NCBI GenBank assembly: GCA_019058445.1 | Contig: JAHPZA010000001.1 | Location: forward strand, 106,203 to 170,202 | From: Promethearchaeota archaeon | GTDB lineage: Archaea > Asgardarchaeota > Lokiarchaeia > Sigyniarchaeales > SOKP01 | Direction of reading: 5' to 3' | Length of the DNA: 64,000 nt | Part shown: in pieces, positions 21,351 through 31,981 of the stretch | Layout: the number at the start of each line of letters is the position of its first letter | Position numbering within the stretch: the first letter of the stretch is position 1 | Position numbers and translations under genes: made by a program | The notes under the pieces: model-generated | The model's input: only the letters and a program-made list of their open reading frames with translations | The model's database searches: none | What the model was told of the DNA's origin: nothing

Positions 21351-21472
21351 CCTACTCCTACTTTAATCGAAATATTTTCTTTACTATCTTTGATATTAAA
21401 ATTATAAAATTATAGAAATTTTATATTCTTTATTATCTTTTAATATTGAACTAATCATATTAATGATAGGTT

Positions 21473-22267
21473 ATGTCAAAATTAGAAACTATTATTCTAG
21501 AAATAGAGGAATCTGAAAATTATGCAATAATCTATTTGAATCGTCCCGATCAATTAAATGCTTTAAATTTTCAGTTAGCTGAGGATTTCTATTCTGTGAT
21601 GGAAACAATTGCCAGAAATGAAACCATCCGAAGTATAGTTATTACTGGGAAAGGTAATGCGTTTTGTGCTGGAGGTGATTTAGGGGCCTTTAAAAAGGCA
21701 GAAGAACCGGATACGTTTTTGTTCGATTTAGCCACGATTTTCCATAAGGGGATAAAACTGTTGAAAACATTAAACGCTCCATCAATCGCAGCGGTAAATG
21801 GTGCGTGTTTTGGAGTTGGGTTGAGTTTAGCGTGTGCCTGTGATTTAAGAATATGTTCCGAAAAAGCTAAATTTGGGGTTGCTTTTACAAGTGTTGGTCT
21901 TTCTCCTGATTCTTCACTGACCTTTCATCTACCTAAGATAGTTGGGTTACCACTAGCAAATGAAATGGCAATCTTAAATAGAATTCTAAATGCTAATGAA
22001 GCGATTAAATTTAATTTAGTTTCAAAAGTCACCCCTGAAGATTTGTTATTAGAAGAGGTAAAAGGAATTGCTAAAAAAGTTAGTCAGGGACCAACAATGG
22101 CCTATGGGAGTACGAAAAAATTATTCACAATGTCATTTTCTAATGATTTGGAATCTCAACTGAATCAAGAAATAATAAATATCAAAAAAAACGCGATTTC
22201 AGAAGATTTTCAAGAAGGTGTCAATTCGTTCTTTGAAAAGCGAAAGCCAGATTTCAAGGGAAGGTAA
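21473..22267 (+). CDS. Enoyl-CoA hydratase/isomerase
   Basis: LNRPDQLNAL, FCAGGDL, AAVNGACFGVG, EKRKPDFKG. Confidence 0.95.
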   Translation: MSKLETIILEIEESENYAIIYLNRPDQLNALNFQLAEDFYSVMETIARNETIRSIVITGKGNAFCAGGDLGAFKKAEEPDTFLFDLATIFHKGIKLLKTLNAPSIAAVNGACFGVGLSLACACDLRICSEKAKFGVAFTSVGLSPDSSLTFHLPKIVGLPLANEMAILNRILNANEAIKFNLVSKVTPEDLLLEEVKGIAKKVSQGPTMAYGSTKKLFTMSFSNDLESQLNQEIINIKKNAISEDFQEGVNSFFEKRKPDFKGR

Positions 22268-22491
22268 TAAATAAGGAAAAATTGCTAATTTTTACTAAAT
22301 CTAGGTTCATAAAGACTAATTTAGGTAATAATTTACAAAGAATTCTGATAAATTCATTAAGGGTCAATTTTTTTCAAAACATAAAGGTTAAATTCCTATA
22401 TTTTTTATTTTAAAGAGGACAAATGAATTAAATAGATTAATAAATTCTAATATTATAAATCATAAAAATCACAAAATATCGGTATTGATTC

Positions 22492-23508
22492 GTGAGTGTT
22501 GATAGAAAAAGATTAGACGCTTTATTAAAATGGTATAAACAAGAAGTCGGTAAGGATCTCATTGCAGCGATTATAGTAAATCGAGAAGGTTTGGTTATGG
22601 AAGCGATCTCGGGGAGTTCGGATAATAAAGCAATTGATGAAGAGATTGTAGGTGGTGTGAGCGCTTTAGTAGAGCCTGTACTCAATAGAATCACTAAAGA
22701 GTTTAGTTCTGGTGCTTTTGGAACTGGAACATTTGACACCGAAGAGTATAGATTAATTTTTTGTGAAGCTGGACCAGAATCTATATTCGTAACTGTTCTA
22801 GATAGCATGGGGATGGTTGATCCCGTTTTTCCATATGCTTACTTAGCAGCAGAAAAAATTGCTCGAATCTTTGATGGGCGCACAGTCAGTCCCGTTATAC
22901 CTAAAATTATTACAGGTAGAGCAGCAAGTCAAATTGAGCGAAAAATTGATAAAATTCAAAAACTTAAAATAAAATCTGGAGAATATGCTTTTAAATTGGT
23001 CCTAGGCGGTGATGGATCTGTTGGTAAGACGAGCATGGTACACCGTTTTGTAGAAGATATATTCCATGTGGATTATAAATCAACGATCGGAACGTCTATA
23101 ATGAAAAAAGAATGTAAATTTGAGGGATTAGAATCAAAAGTTCGGTTTGTCATATGGGATTTAGCAGGACAGTCTCAATTTAAACGAGTGAGACAAACCT
23201 ATGTTGCCAATGCGGAAGCAGGAATTTTAGTGTTTGATGTGACAAGAAGAGAGACTTATGATAATGTGAAGCTCTGGTATGATGAAACAGTTAAAGAAGC
23301 ACAAGGTATTACCTTAATTTTAGTCGGTAATAAAATTGACTTAACCGATTCAAGACAAGTTTCAAAAGAAGAGGGGGAAGCATTAGCTAATCAGTTAGGA
23401 TTAAGCTATATCGAGACCTCTGCTAAGACTGGTGAAAATATAGAAGACGCTTTTAAAATGCTCGCTTTAAATATAATAAAAATTTATGTTGAAGCAATTG
23501 AAGTATAA
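22492..23508 (+). CDS. Roadblock/LC7 domain fused to Rab-like small GTPase
   Basis: AAIIVNREGLVM roadblock N-terminus; GDGSVGKTS, WDLAGQ, GNKID, ETSAK. Confidence 0.9.
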   Translation: MSVDRKRLDALLKWYKQEVGKDLIAAIIVNREGLVMEAISGSSDNKAIDEEIVGGVSALVEPVLNRITKEFSSGAFGTGTFDTEEYRLIFCEAGPESIFVTVLDSMGMVDPVFPYAYLAAEKIARIFDGRTVSPVIPKIITGRAASQIERKIDKIQKLKIKSGEYAFKLVLGGDGSVGKTSMVHRFVEDIFHVDYKSTIGTSIMKKECKFEGLESKVRFVIWDLAGQSQFKRVRQTYVANAEAGILVFDVTRRETYDNVKLWYDETVKEAQGITLILVGNKIDLTDSRQVSKEEGEALANQLGLSYIETSAKTGENIEDAFKMLALNIIKIYVEAIEV

Positions 23509-23610
23509 AGCCTCTGGGGGGACTTGAACCCCCGGCCGAATCATCCAATCGAATGTATTAATCGATCAATTGATTACGAATCAATCGCTCTACCACTAAG
23601 CCACAGAGGC
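23509..23610 (-). tRNA. tRNA-Thr(CGT) with ~30-nt intron at the anticodon-stem/variable-loop junction (~23539-23568)
   Basis: GCCTCTG/CAGAGGC acceptor, ATTGA-TTCGTAA-TCAAT anticodon arm, GGGGG-TTCAAGT-CCCCC T arm; intron ends uncertain by 1-2 nt. Confidence 0.88.
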
Positions 23611-23662
23611 AATAAATATAGCTTATTAATTATAAATCATACAGAATTTTAAATTTTTTCTA

Positions 23663-24679
23663 ATGAATAATAATCCTCAGATAGGGAATATTGGAGAATT
23701 TGAATTAATAAAACTAATTGAAGATCTGGTTTCAAAAAAAACTGGAAAAGAATTATTAAGAGATGATTCTTTTTTTTTTTCCCATCGTAATGAAGAAGTA
23801 GATAAAGATGTAATCCTAAATTCTGATATGCTTGTGTCCACGACAGATATACCTCCTCAAATGAATTTTTATCAAATGGGGCGTAAATCTGTTATTATGA
23901 ATATTAGTGATTTAATCGTAAAAGGCGTCAAACCAAGGGGAATTATCATCTCTTTGGGGTTACCAAAAGAACTTAAGAGAGAGGATTTTATTAATTTAAT
24001 GCTAGGAATTATTGATTGTACCCTGAATTTTAATATTGAGTATATCGGTGGAGATCTCAATGAGACGATAGAAATTATCATAAATCCAACTACTTTTGGT
24101 TTTAAGGCCCCTTCCGCTATAATTTTCAGAAAGGGGATGAAATCAGGTGATATACTTATAACTAACAATAAATTTGGCTTAACCGGCGTTGGTTTTGATC
24201 TTCTTTTGAATAAAAACATGGATCTGAAAGACATTACGAATTATAAACGTTCTGTAATGAGTGTATTGGAGCCTAAAATACCTGGAAATGAAGCATTAAT
24301 TTTATCTGAACATAATTTAGCTACATCGAGCATTGATTCTTCTGATGGTCTTGCCAAATCGTTAAGAGATTTAATATTATCTAATCCTGATTATGGCTTT
24401 GAGATTGATTTTACTGAAGAACTAATAGATCCAGAAGCCCTAATTTATTCTCAAGAATTTGATGTTCCTTTAGAAACACTTGTGTTTAATGGAGGTGAAG
24501 AATTTAATCATTTATTTACTATTAATCCAAAAAGCTTTAATGCTGCTCAAAAAATAATTAATGCGCAAGGGGGGCAAATCTTTAAAATTGGAAAGGTGAT
24601 TTCAGAAGAAAAGATTTATTTTTTAAAAGAAAATGAAAAACTTGAATTAAAAAGTCATGGATTTGAACATTTTAAATAA
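23663..24679 (+). CDS. thiL: Thiamine-monophosphate kinase
   Basis: GEFELIK, NISDL..KG, GGDL, IDSSDGL, GGEEF, GFEHF. Confidence 0.92.
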   Translation: MNNNPQIGNIGEFELIKLIEDLVSKKTGKELLRDDSFFFSHRNEEVDKDVILNSDMLVSTTDIPPQMNFYQMGRKSVIMNISDLIVKGVKPRGIIISLGLPKELKREDFINLMLGIIDCTLNFNIEYIGGDLNETIEIIINPTTFGFKAPSAIIFRKGMKSGDILITNNKFGLTGVGFDLLLNKNMDLKDITNYKRSVMSVLEPKIPGNEALILSEHNLATSSIDSSDGLAKSLRDLILSNPDYGFEIDFTEELIDPEALIYSQEFDVPLETLVFNGGEEFNHLFTINPKSFNAAQKIINAQGGQIFKIGKVISEEKIYFLKENEKLELKSHGFEHFK

Positions 24680-24822
24680 TTTTTTACTATAGAAGAGTTC
24701 AAGCAATTTGCTAGTTTTATTAGACACAGAAAAAGTTTTATATTATTATAGATTTAAACTATTACAATTTTACCCTTTAATTAATTTTTAAAATAACGAT
24801 AATGTTTAAATTTTATGTTTAA

Positions 24823-24925
24823 GGGCCATTAGCGCAGAAAAACCGCAATTCGCGTTTTTTGCGTAAGCAGGTAGCGCAGCAGGCTTTTAACCTGAAGGTC
24901 GTGGGTTCGATTCCCACATGGCCCG
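24823..24925 (+). tRNA. tRNA-Lys(TTT) with 29-nt D-loop intron (24838-24866)
   Basis: GGGCCAT/ATGGCCC acceptor, CAGG-CTTTTAA-CCTG, GTGGG-TTCGATT-CCCAC; BHB-like GCGC-AGA...GCGT-AAG. Confidence 0.92.
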
Positions 24926-25037
24926 TGATTTTCTTTTATTTTTTATGATATTTTAGATTGTTAACAGCACACAAAAATAACAAAAATAAAATTCAATTCT
25001 ACCCTACTTTTAATATATACGAATCGTCTCATAATTC

Positions 25038-26051
25038 TTGAATATGGAAAATTCCGAATTTAAGCTTCCATCAGATGAGTCAGAGCAACTTTTAATTAAA
25101 TCACAAGAAAATTCTAATCCTGACTATGGATGTGAACCAGAAAAGCGAGATATTAAAACTCATCTTGAATATGGGGTTATTAATCTAGACAAACCCAGTG
25201 GACCAACTAGTCATGAAGTTGTTTCTTGGGTTCGTAAAATTCTTGGAATTTCAAATGCGGGTCATGGGGGGACATTAGATCCAAAAGTTACTGGCGTGTT
25301 ACCATGTGCACTTGGAAAAGCAACACGAGTTCTATCAGCACTATTGACTGCTGGAAAAGAATATGTAGGGGTAATGACTTTACATTCTACTGAACCAAGT
25401 AAAAAAGTGGAATCTGTTTTTAAAGTATTTACCAATAAAATTTATCAACGCCCTCCTTTAAAATCTTCTGTTGCTCGAAAATTAAGAATTAGGGAAATTT
25501 ATTATCTTAAATTATTAGAACTTAAAGATAATCGTGTACTATTCCGAGTAGGATGCGAAGCAGGAACCTATATTAGAAAATTATGTTTTGATATCGGTGA
25601 GGCACTCTGTTCAGGGGCTCATATGCTTGAATTAAGACGTACGAAAGTGGGTAATTTTAAGGAAGAAACAAATTTACAAACACTTCAAAATTTAAAAGAT
25701 GCTTATACTATTTATCAAACAGAGGGAGAGGAGTATTATTTACGAAAAATAATTTCTCCTATGGAAAAAATGGTGGAACATTTACCGAAGATTTTTGTGA
25801 GAGATACTGCGGTTGATGCGCTTTGTCATGGAGCAGATTTAGCTGCAGCTGGCGTTTGTTATATCGACGCGAGAATAAACCATAAAATGTTAATAGCATA
25901 TATGACACTTAAGAAAGAACTTATCGGATTTGGTATTGCACAGAAAAAGGCAATGGATATTTATAAAGCTAAATCGGGAATTATGGCTAAGACGAAAAAA
26001 ATTTTTATGGAACGTGGCGTGTACCCTCGATGGAGTGAAAAAAACAAGTAA
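25038..26051 (+). CDS. cbf5: H/ACA RNA-guided pseudouridine synthase Cbf5
   Basis: DKPSGPTSHEV, GHGGTLDPKVTG, GTYIRKLC, PUA domain. Confidence 0.96.
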   Translation: MNMENSEFKLPSDESEQLLIKSQENSNPDYGCEPEKRDIKTHLEYGVINLDKPSGPTSHEVVSWVRKILGISNAGHGGTLDPKVTGVLPCALGKATRVLSALLTAGKEYVGVMTLHSTEPSKKVESVFKVFTNKIYQRPPLKSSVARKLRIREIYYLKLLELKDNRVLFRVGCEAGTYIRKLCFDIGEALCSGAHMLELRRTKVGNFKEETNLQTLQNLKDAYTIYQTEGEEYYLRKIISPMEKMVEHLPKIFVRDTAVDALCHGADLAAAGVCYIDARINHKMLIAYMTLKKELIGFGIAQKKAMDIYKAKSGIMAKTKKIFMERGVYPRWSEKNK

Positions 26052-26078
26052 ACTAAGATAATTTAATGCATTGAGATT

Positions 26079-26738
26079 ATGAATCAAAAAAATCAGCATT
26101 ATTCAACTGAATATCCAGATGTAAAATTAAAGATCTACACGATATCTGAAAGCTTACGAAGACATCTTTATATATTTAAAACCGCGACTGGTGTGTTTTC
26201 TTTTAAGAAAATTGATTTAGGAACACAGATATTAATCGAGAATATGACAATTCCTAAAAATCCTAGCGTTTTATTAGATTTAGGATGCGGATATGGCCCA
26301 ATAGGAATTGTTTTAGGATATGAATCTCCCTTAAGTCAGATTTTCTTCATAGATATTAATAAACGAGCAACCTGGTGTTCAAAGCAAAATATTAAGATTA
26401 ATTTTCCGGAGAATAGGAATCGGTTTAAGGTACTAACAGGGAATTACCTTGAACCAGTAATAAAAAAGAGTATAAAGTTCGATGGAATATTTATGAATCC
26501 TCCTATAAGAAAGGGAAGAGCAGAATTTCTAAAAATACTTAATGAAGCTCTAAACGTCTTAAAACCAAATGGATTTTTTCAATTTGTAATTAGAAAAAAA
26601 ATGGGGGCTTCTTATATAGAAAACTTTATTAATAAAAATTTTCCGAGAAATAAATATAGTTTTAATATTTTATGTAAAAGAAGTGGCTATTGGGTTTTCA
26701 ATCTTATGTTAAATACAGCATTTTCTGATGAAAATTAA
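26079..26738 (+). CDS. Class I SAM methyltransferase (RsmC-like)
   Basis: GVFS...DLGT, LDLGCGYGPIG, NPP motif. Confidence 0.88.
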   Translation: MNQKNQHYSTEYPDVKLKIYTISESLRRHLYIFKTATGVFSFKKIDLGTQILIENMTIPKNPSVLLDLGCGYGPIGIVLGYESPLSQIFFIDINKRATWCSKQNIKINFPENRNRFKVLTGNYLEPVIKKSIKFDGIFMNPPIRKGRAEFLKILNEALNVLKPNGFFQFVIRKKMGASYIENFINKNFPRNKYSFNILCKRSGYWVFNLMLNTAFSDEN

Positions 26739-26823
26739 AAACGTGTTAAGAAAAAATCGTAAAATTTTTTACGAAAGCGAAATTATTTATAAATAATTTG
26801 GAACTTTAAGAGGAATTATTTTT

Positions 26824-27081
26824 TTGACCAAGAAAAAAAAAATCGACGTATTATTACACGAACTTGTTCCGAAACATAAACTTTTAACTAAGAAAGAAAC
26901 ATCTGATCTCTTAGAGAAATATCAAATCAGCGTTATTGATTTACCACAGATATTTGAAAAAGATCCGGTTGCAATTGCTATTGGAGCAAAGGAGGGCGAT
27001 GTAGTAAAGATTATACGTGATTCAAATACTACAGTAAAGACAATAAACTATTTTCGATATGTTAAAAAAGAAAAAGCCTAA
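26824..27081 (+). CDS. rpoH: RNA polymerase subunit Rpo5 (H)
   Basis: HELVPKH, LPQI..DPVA, GDVVKIIR. Confidence 0.96.
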   Translation: MTKKKKIDVLLHELVPKHKLLTKKETSDLLEKYQISVIDLPQIFEKDPVAIAIGAKEGDVVKIIRDSNTTVKTINYFRYVKKEKA

Positions 27082-27132
27082 AAGAAGTTCTTTTTATATA
27101 AATTCAAAGTAATAGTTGGTGTAAATTAAAAT

Positions 27133-30100
27133 TTGATTTCTGAGAATTTATCAAATGAGGATAAATGGGTAATATTAAAGAGTCTTTTTGATGAGAAGGG
27201 ATTAGTAAGGCAACATTTGGATTCTTATAACAATTTCATTGAGCTTGAAATGCAAGATATTGTGAATGAATCTGGAGAAGTAGTACCTGATATTCCCGGA
27301 TTTAAGATTAAATTTGGAAAAATAAAAGTTGGCAATCCGAAAGTTCGTGAGGCTGATGGGGCCACAATGGAAATAACTCCAATTGAAGCAAGGATAAGAG
27401 AACTTTCATATGCTGCTGATATCACTTTAGAAATGACCCCAATCACAATAGACGAGAGAACACAGAGAGAAGAAGCAGAAGAAACGCTCGACATCTATAT
27501 TGGTAAAATTCCAATAATGCTAAAAAGTTGTCGCTGTCCATTAGAGAATTTATCGGAACCCGAATTGATAAATCGTGGTGAAGATCCATTAGATCCAGGA
27601 GGATATTTTATAATAAATGGTACTGAAAGAGTCTTAGTGACTCAAGAAGATCTAGCTCCTAACAGAATATTAGCCGAAGAAGCAAGTAGAAGTTCAAGTG
27701 CAACTCACCAAGCTAAAGTATTTTCTACTCGTAGTGGATTTAGAGCCCCAGTCACGATAGAAAGAAAGAAAGATGGTAATTTAAGGGTTTCATTCCCTTC
27801 TGTTCCAGGAAAAATACCATTAGCTATACTTATGCGTGCTCTAGGCTTACATTCTGACAGAGAAATTTTCGAAGCAATATCAGAAAATCCAGAAATAGAA
27901 AAAGAATTAATTCCTGTAGTGGATGTTGCTGCTGAAATTCAAGTATTAAAAGATCCTGAAAAATCTCAACAAAATGCTTTAGATTATATTGGTAAACGTG
28001 TTGCTATTGGCCAAACTAAAGATTATCGTATCCGTAGAGCTCTTCAAGTTTTAGATAGATATCTTTTGCCACATATTGGTAATAATGAAGAGGATAGAAT
28101 CAAAAAAGCCTATTATTTAGGACAAATGGCCCAAAAAGTTATGGAACTTGCATTAGCATTTAGAGACCCAGATGATAAAGATCATTATGCCAATAAACGT
28201 TTGAAGTTAGCAGGGGAATTATTCACATCATTATTTAGAGTTGCCTTTCTTAACTTGGTTAAGGATATTAAGTATCAATTAGAGCGAACAGCCGTTCGAG
28301 GCAGAGCTCCAAATATAAAAACCGCGGTAAGAGCGGATGTAATAACTGAAAGAATAAGACATGCTTTAGCAACTGGAAATTGGGTTGGTGGAAAAGCGGG
28401 AGTTAGCCAATTATTAAATAGAACTAATCATGTAGGTACTTTGAGCCACCTTAGGAGAGTGATATCACCTTTAAGTCGAAGTCAACCACATTTTGAGGCA
28501 AGAGATCTTCATCCTACTCAATGGGGTAAAATATGTCCTGCTGAAACTCCTGAGGGTCCTAATTGTGGTTTGGTCAAAAATCTTGGCTTAACTTCAATAA
28601 TCTCTGTTGGAACTGATGAGAGAATTCTCGAGAATATATTACTCGATTTGGGGGTAATTCCTATAAATCAGGTTACAAATATTAGGGGAGATAAAGTTAA
28701 AGTGTTCCTTAATGGTAAATTAATTGGAATTCATCAGCAATACAATGCTTTCATACGGCAAATTAGAGAGAAAAGAAGAAAAGGAGAGATTGGTCAGTAT
28801 GTCAATATTGGCTATTATCACGATTCAAAGGAAGTACAGATAAATTGCGACGCCGGGAGAGCAACCAGACCGCTTTTTGTATTAAAAAACAAGAATTTAC
28901 TAATTAATAGTGAAGATATCGAAAAACTCAAACAAGGTAAATATATTTGGTCAGACTTAGTGCAAAAAGGGGTTATAGAATATTTAGATGCTGAAGAAGA
29001 AGAAAATGCCTATATTGCAATGTTTGAAGAAGATATTACCGCAGAACATACTCATTTTGAAATATCTCCTGCTGCAATCTTAGGGATTTGTGCCTCTATT
29101 ATACCTTTTCCTGAACACAATCAATCACCACGAAATACATACGAAGCTGGGATGGTCAAGCAAGCATTAGGATTATTTGCCGCGAATATGCATTTGAGGT
29201 TGGATACTAGAGGTCATACTTTACATTACCCTCAACAACCACTTGTTAAGACAAGTCCCATGGAAATTGTCGGATTTAATCAACGTCCAGCAGGTCAGAA
29301 TTTTATTATTGGAATGATGAGTTTTGAGGGTTTTAACATTGAGGATGCTATTATTATAAATAAAGCCTCAATAAATCGAGGATTAGCTCGTAGTCATTTC
29401 TTTAGAACGTATGATGCTGAAGAAAGAAAATATCCGGGTGGTGAAGTAGACAAATTTGAAATTCCTGAAAGAGGAGTTAGAGGTTTCAAATCTGCCGAAT
29501 CATATCGATTATTATCAGAGGAAGACGGAATTATAGAGCCTGAAACTAAAGTAGATGGAGGAGATGTACTAATTGGAAGGACATCCCCTCCAAGATTCAT
29601 AAAATCTTATGAAGAATTCGAGTTAATGCAACCAAATCGAAGAGAAACTTCTAAGAATATGAGACATAATGAAAAGGGAATTGTGGATACAGTAATTATT
29701 TCAGAAACAGTTGATGGAAATAAGCTTGTTAAAATTAAAGTGAGAGATTTAAGAATTCCAGAATTAGGAGATAAATTTTCTTCGCGTCATGGACAAAAAG
29801 GTGTACTTGGACTATTAGTACCTGAATGCGACATGCCATTTACTTCGAAAGGAGTAATCCCTGACATAATAGTTAATCCCCATGCTATGCCTTCGAGAAT
29901 GACTTTAGGTCAGTTATTTGAGGGTATTAGCGGTAAAATCGCATGTAATGTGGGGAAGCTGGGCGATGCAACAGCTTTCGAATGGAAAGATATCACTAAA
30001 CTTCAAGAACAGTTAGTTCAGGCGGGATTTGAATTTAATGGAAGAGAAGTAATGTATAATGGGATTACGGGAGAAAAGTATGAAGCGGGAATTTATTGCG

Positions 30101-30504
30101 CTCCCATTTATTATCAAAAATTGTATCATCTAGTAGCAGATAAACTGCATGCCAGAGCAAGAGGTCCAGTCCAAATTTTAACTAGGCAACCAACAGAAGG
30201 TCGTGCAAGAGAGGGGGGATTAAGATTTGGAGAAATGGAACGAGATTGCCTTGTTGGTCACGGTTCTGCTTTATTATTAAAAGAACGATTGTTAGACGAG
30301 TCAGATCGAACTGTAATTCTTGTATGTGAAAAATGTGGTCTTCTTGCGGTCTATGATAGAAATAGAGATAAACGCTATTGTCCAGTATGTGGAGAGGGGA
30401 CAATCATTTCAAAGGTTGTTTGCTCATATGCTTTTAAACTACTTTTACAAGAAATGATGAGCTTAGGACTCGCACCAAGATTAAAACTCAAGGAAAAAAT
30501 TTAG
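27133..30504 (+). CDS. rpoB: RNA polymerase subunit Rpo2 (B), unsplit
   Basis: GGYFIINGTERV, ETPEGPNCGL, GDKFSSRHGQKG, GGLRFGEMERD. Confidence 0.99.
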   Translation: MISENLSNEDKWVILKSLFDEKGLVRQHLDSYNNFIELEMQDIVNESGEVVPDIPGFKIKFGKIKVGNPKVREADGATMEITPIEARIRELSYAADITLEMTPITIDERTQREEAEETLDIYIGKIPIMLKSCRCPLENLSEPELINRGEDPLDPGGYFIINGTERVLVTQEDLAPNRILAEEASRSSSATHQAKVFSTRSGFRAPVTIERKKDGNLRVSFPSVPGKIPLAILMRALGLHSDREIFEAISENPEIEKELIPVVDVAAEIQVLKDPEKSQQNALDYIGKRVAIGQTKDYRIRRALQVLDRYLLPHIGNNEEDRIKKAYYLGQMAQKVMELALAFRDPDDKDHYANKRLKLAGELFTSLFRVAFLNLVKDIKYQLERTAVRGRAPNIKTAVRADVITERIRHALATGNWVGGKAGVSQLLNRTNHVGTLSHLRRVISPLSRSQPHFEARDLHPTQWGKICPAETPEGPNCGLVKNLGLTSIISVGTDERILENILLDLGVIPINQVTNIRGDKVKVFLNGKLIGIHQQYNAFIRQIREKRRKGEIGQYVNIGYYHDSKEVQINCDAGRATRPLFVLKNKNLLINSEDIEKLKQGKYIWSDLVQKGVIEYLDAEEEENAYIAMFEEDITAEHTHFEISPAAILGICASIIPFPEHNQSPRNTYEAGMVKQALGLFAANMHLRLDTRGHTLHYPQQPLVKTSPMEIVGFNQRPAGQNFIIGMMSFEGFNIEDAIIINKASINRGLARSHFFRTYDAEERKYPGGEVDKFEIPERGVRGFKSAESYRLLSEEDGIIEPETKVDGGDVLIGRTSPPRFIKSYEEFELMQPNRRETSKNMRHNEKGIVDTVIISETVDGNKLVKIKVRDLRIPELGDKFSSRHGQKGVLGLLVPECDMPFTSKGVIPDIIVNPHAMPSRMTLGQLFEGISGKIACNVGKLGDATAFEWKDITKLQEQLVQAGFEFNGREVMYNGITGEKYEAGIYCAPIYYQKLYHLVADKLHARARGPVQILTRQPTEGRAREGGLRFGEMERDCLVGHGSALLLKERLLDESDRTVILVCEKCGLLAVYDRNRDKRYCPVCGEGTIISKVVCSYAFKLLLQEMMSLGLAPRLKLKEKI

Positions 30505-30686
30505 TCCAACATTTTTTTTATTACTCTTTTTAATGATATTCTAATAAAAATTCTGATATATGTAATTTAAAAAGCTTTAAAGTTCAGATTTGAACAAATA
30601 ATTTGGTTACATTGATCATTTTGTATGAGAAATTTATTCTTAAATAATTTATTCACAAAAATTCATTGAAAGATTGTAGAATAGAT

Positions 30687-30977
30687 TCAATAGCCCGCTT
30701 GGAGCAAAAAGAAATGCAATGAAAAACCTAAAAATATGGAACCAACCAAAATTGTGATAATAGACAGTCTAATTGAGGTTTCCCTTCCATACTTAGTATA
30801 GAGTACTAAAATTAATAAAGCTACTATCCCTATTCCAAAAAAAATCCAAGCTAAAACCCATAAAACAAGTGAAGGGCCCTCAAATAGTTCTTCTGGAGGT
30901 CTTTCTTCTTCCCAAGGCCATTCAAAGTCATTTTGTAATATTGTACTAGTTAACACAAAAAGTAAGGTAAGAATCAT
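30687..30977 (-). CDS. Small membrane protein
   Basis: Two or three hydrophobic helices. Confidence 0.6.
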   Translation of the reverse strand: MILTLLFVLTSTILQNDFEWPWEEERPPEELFEGPSLVLWVLAWIFFGIGIVALLILVLYTKYGRETSIRLSIITILVGSIFLGFSLHFFLLQAGY

Positions 30978-31118
30978 TTGTATTCAAATTTTAATTTTAA
31001 AGCTTGTTTAAGCTATAAATTTTTCATTTTTTTTTAAGTTTTTCAATAAATAGAATTTTAAAGAGATGTTCGCTTATTATTATTAAAATTTTTAAAAAAA
31101 ATAAAACTCTAAGTTAAA

Positions 31119-31895
31119 ATGCATTATTTAAGTGAGCTAATTAAAACCCCTTCTTTACAGGATCCAGCAAAAAAGCATATGAATATTCACCGTCATTTTT
31201 ATAGATACTCTAAAGGTGATTTTATCGGTCCTGCATTAAAGATAACTATTACAAAAGCAAGAATAACGCTTAGGGGATCACATGAATATGAAGATTTAAT
31301 TCAGGAAATTGTAGTTCGTACAATGGGTGGTAACGATATCAATATTAATGGGGTTTTAATTACAGGGAGCGATATTAATGAAGATCTTCAAAATCTTGGG
31401 TTAGATTGGAATTTAAAAAAATCCACTGGTAAAACAAAGAATTATAAGGCTGAAGTATCGGATAAAATTACAGCAGAACTTTTACTCAAAATTATTGAAA
31501 AGTTTCGAATAAATTCATATCTCCTACTATCTTTTAATGTTAATCCAACATGTAAGGTTAGTACAAAAAAGAGAATCCCTCAACCTTCTAAGAAAAAAGT
31601 GGATGAAGATGATATAAATAAGAGAGTTCAATTCTGCACAGGAGTAATTAACAATACCCAAGAGAATCTAAAATTGATAATTGATTTAGCATTATCAGAT
31701 TTTAAAGCAGACCTTCCTAATCAATTTAAAAACATAATATTACTAAATAACTATAAAATAGAAGAAATTATCCTCCCCAAAGATGTTAAAAATTCTATGT
31801 TGTTAAGAATAATAGCAATCAGAAAAGGGAAAATGTTTCGTTCCCTTGAATATGATGGAGACATAATAGAGAAACAGTATAATATCGTTGTCTAA
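31119..31895 (+). CDS. Hypothetical protein upstream of tfe
   Basis: 258-aa ORF, no recognised motif. Confidence 0.6.
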   Translation: MHYLSELIKTPSLQDPAKKHMNIHRHFYRYSKGDFIGPALKITITKARITLRGSHEYEDLIQEIVVRTMGGNDININGVLITGSDINEDLQNLGLDWNLKKSTGKTKNYKAEVSDKITAELLLKIIEKFRINSYLLLSFNVNPTCKVSTKKRIPQPSKKKVDEDDINKRVQFCTGVINNTQENLKLIIDLALSDFKADLPNQFKNIILLNNYKIEEIILPKDVKNSMLLRIIAIRKGKMFRSLEYDGDIIEKQYNIVV

Positions 31896-31981
31896 ATTTA
31901 ATTGTTAAAAAATGTTGGCATAATTTAGTAAAATTTAATTCTTATAAAACACTAAAAAATATCATAAAAAGACTAAAATAT

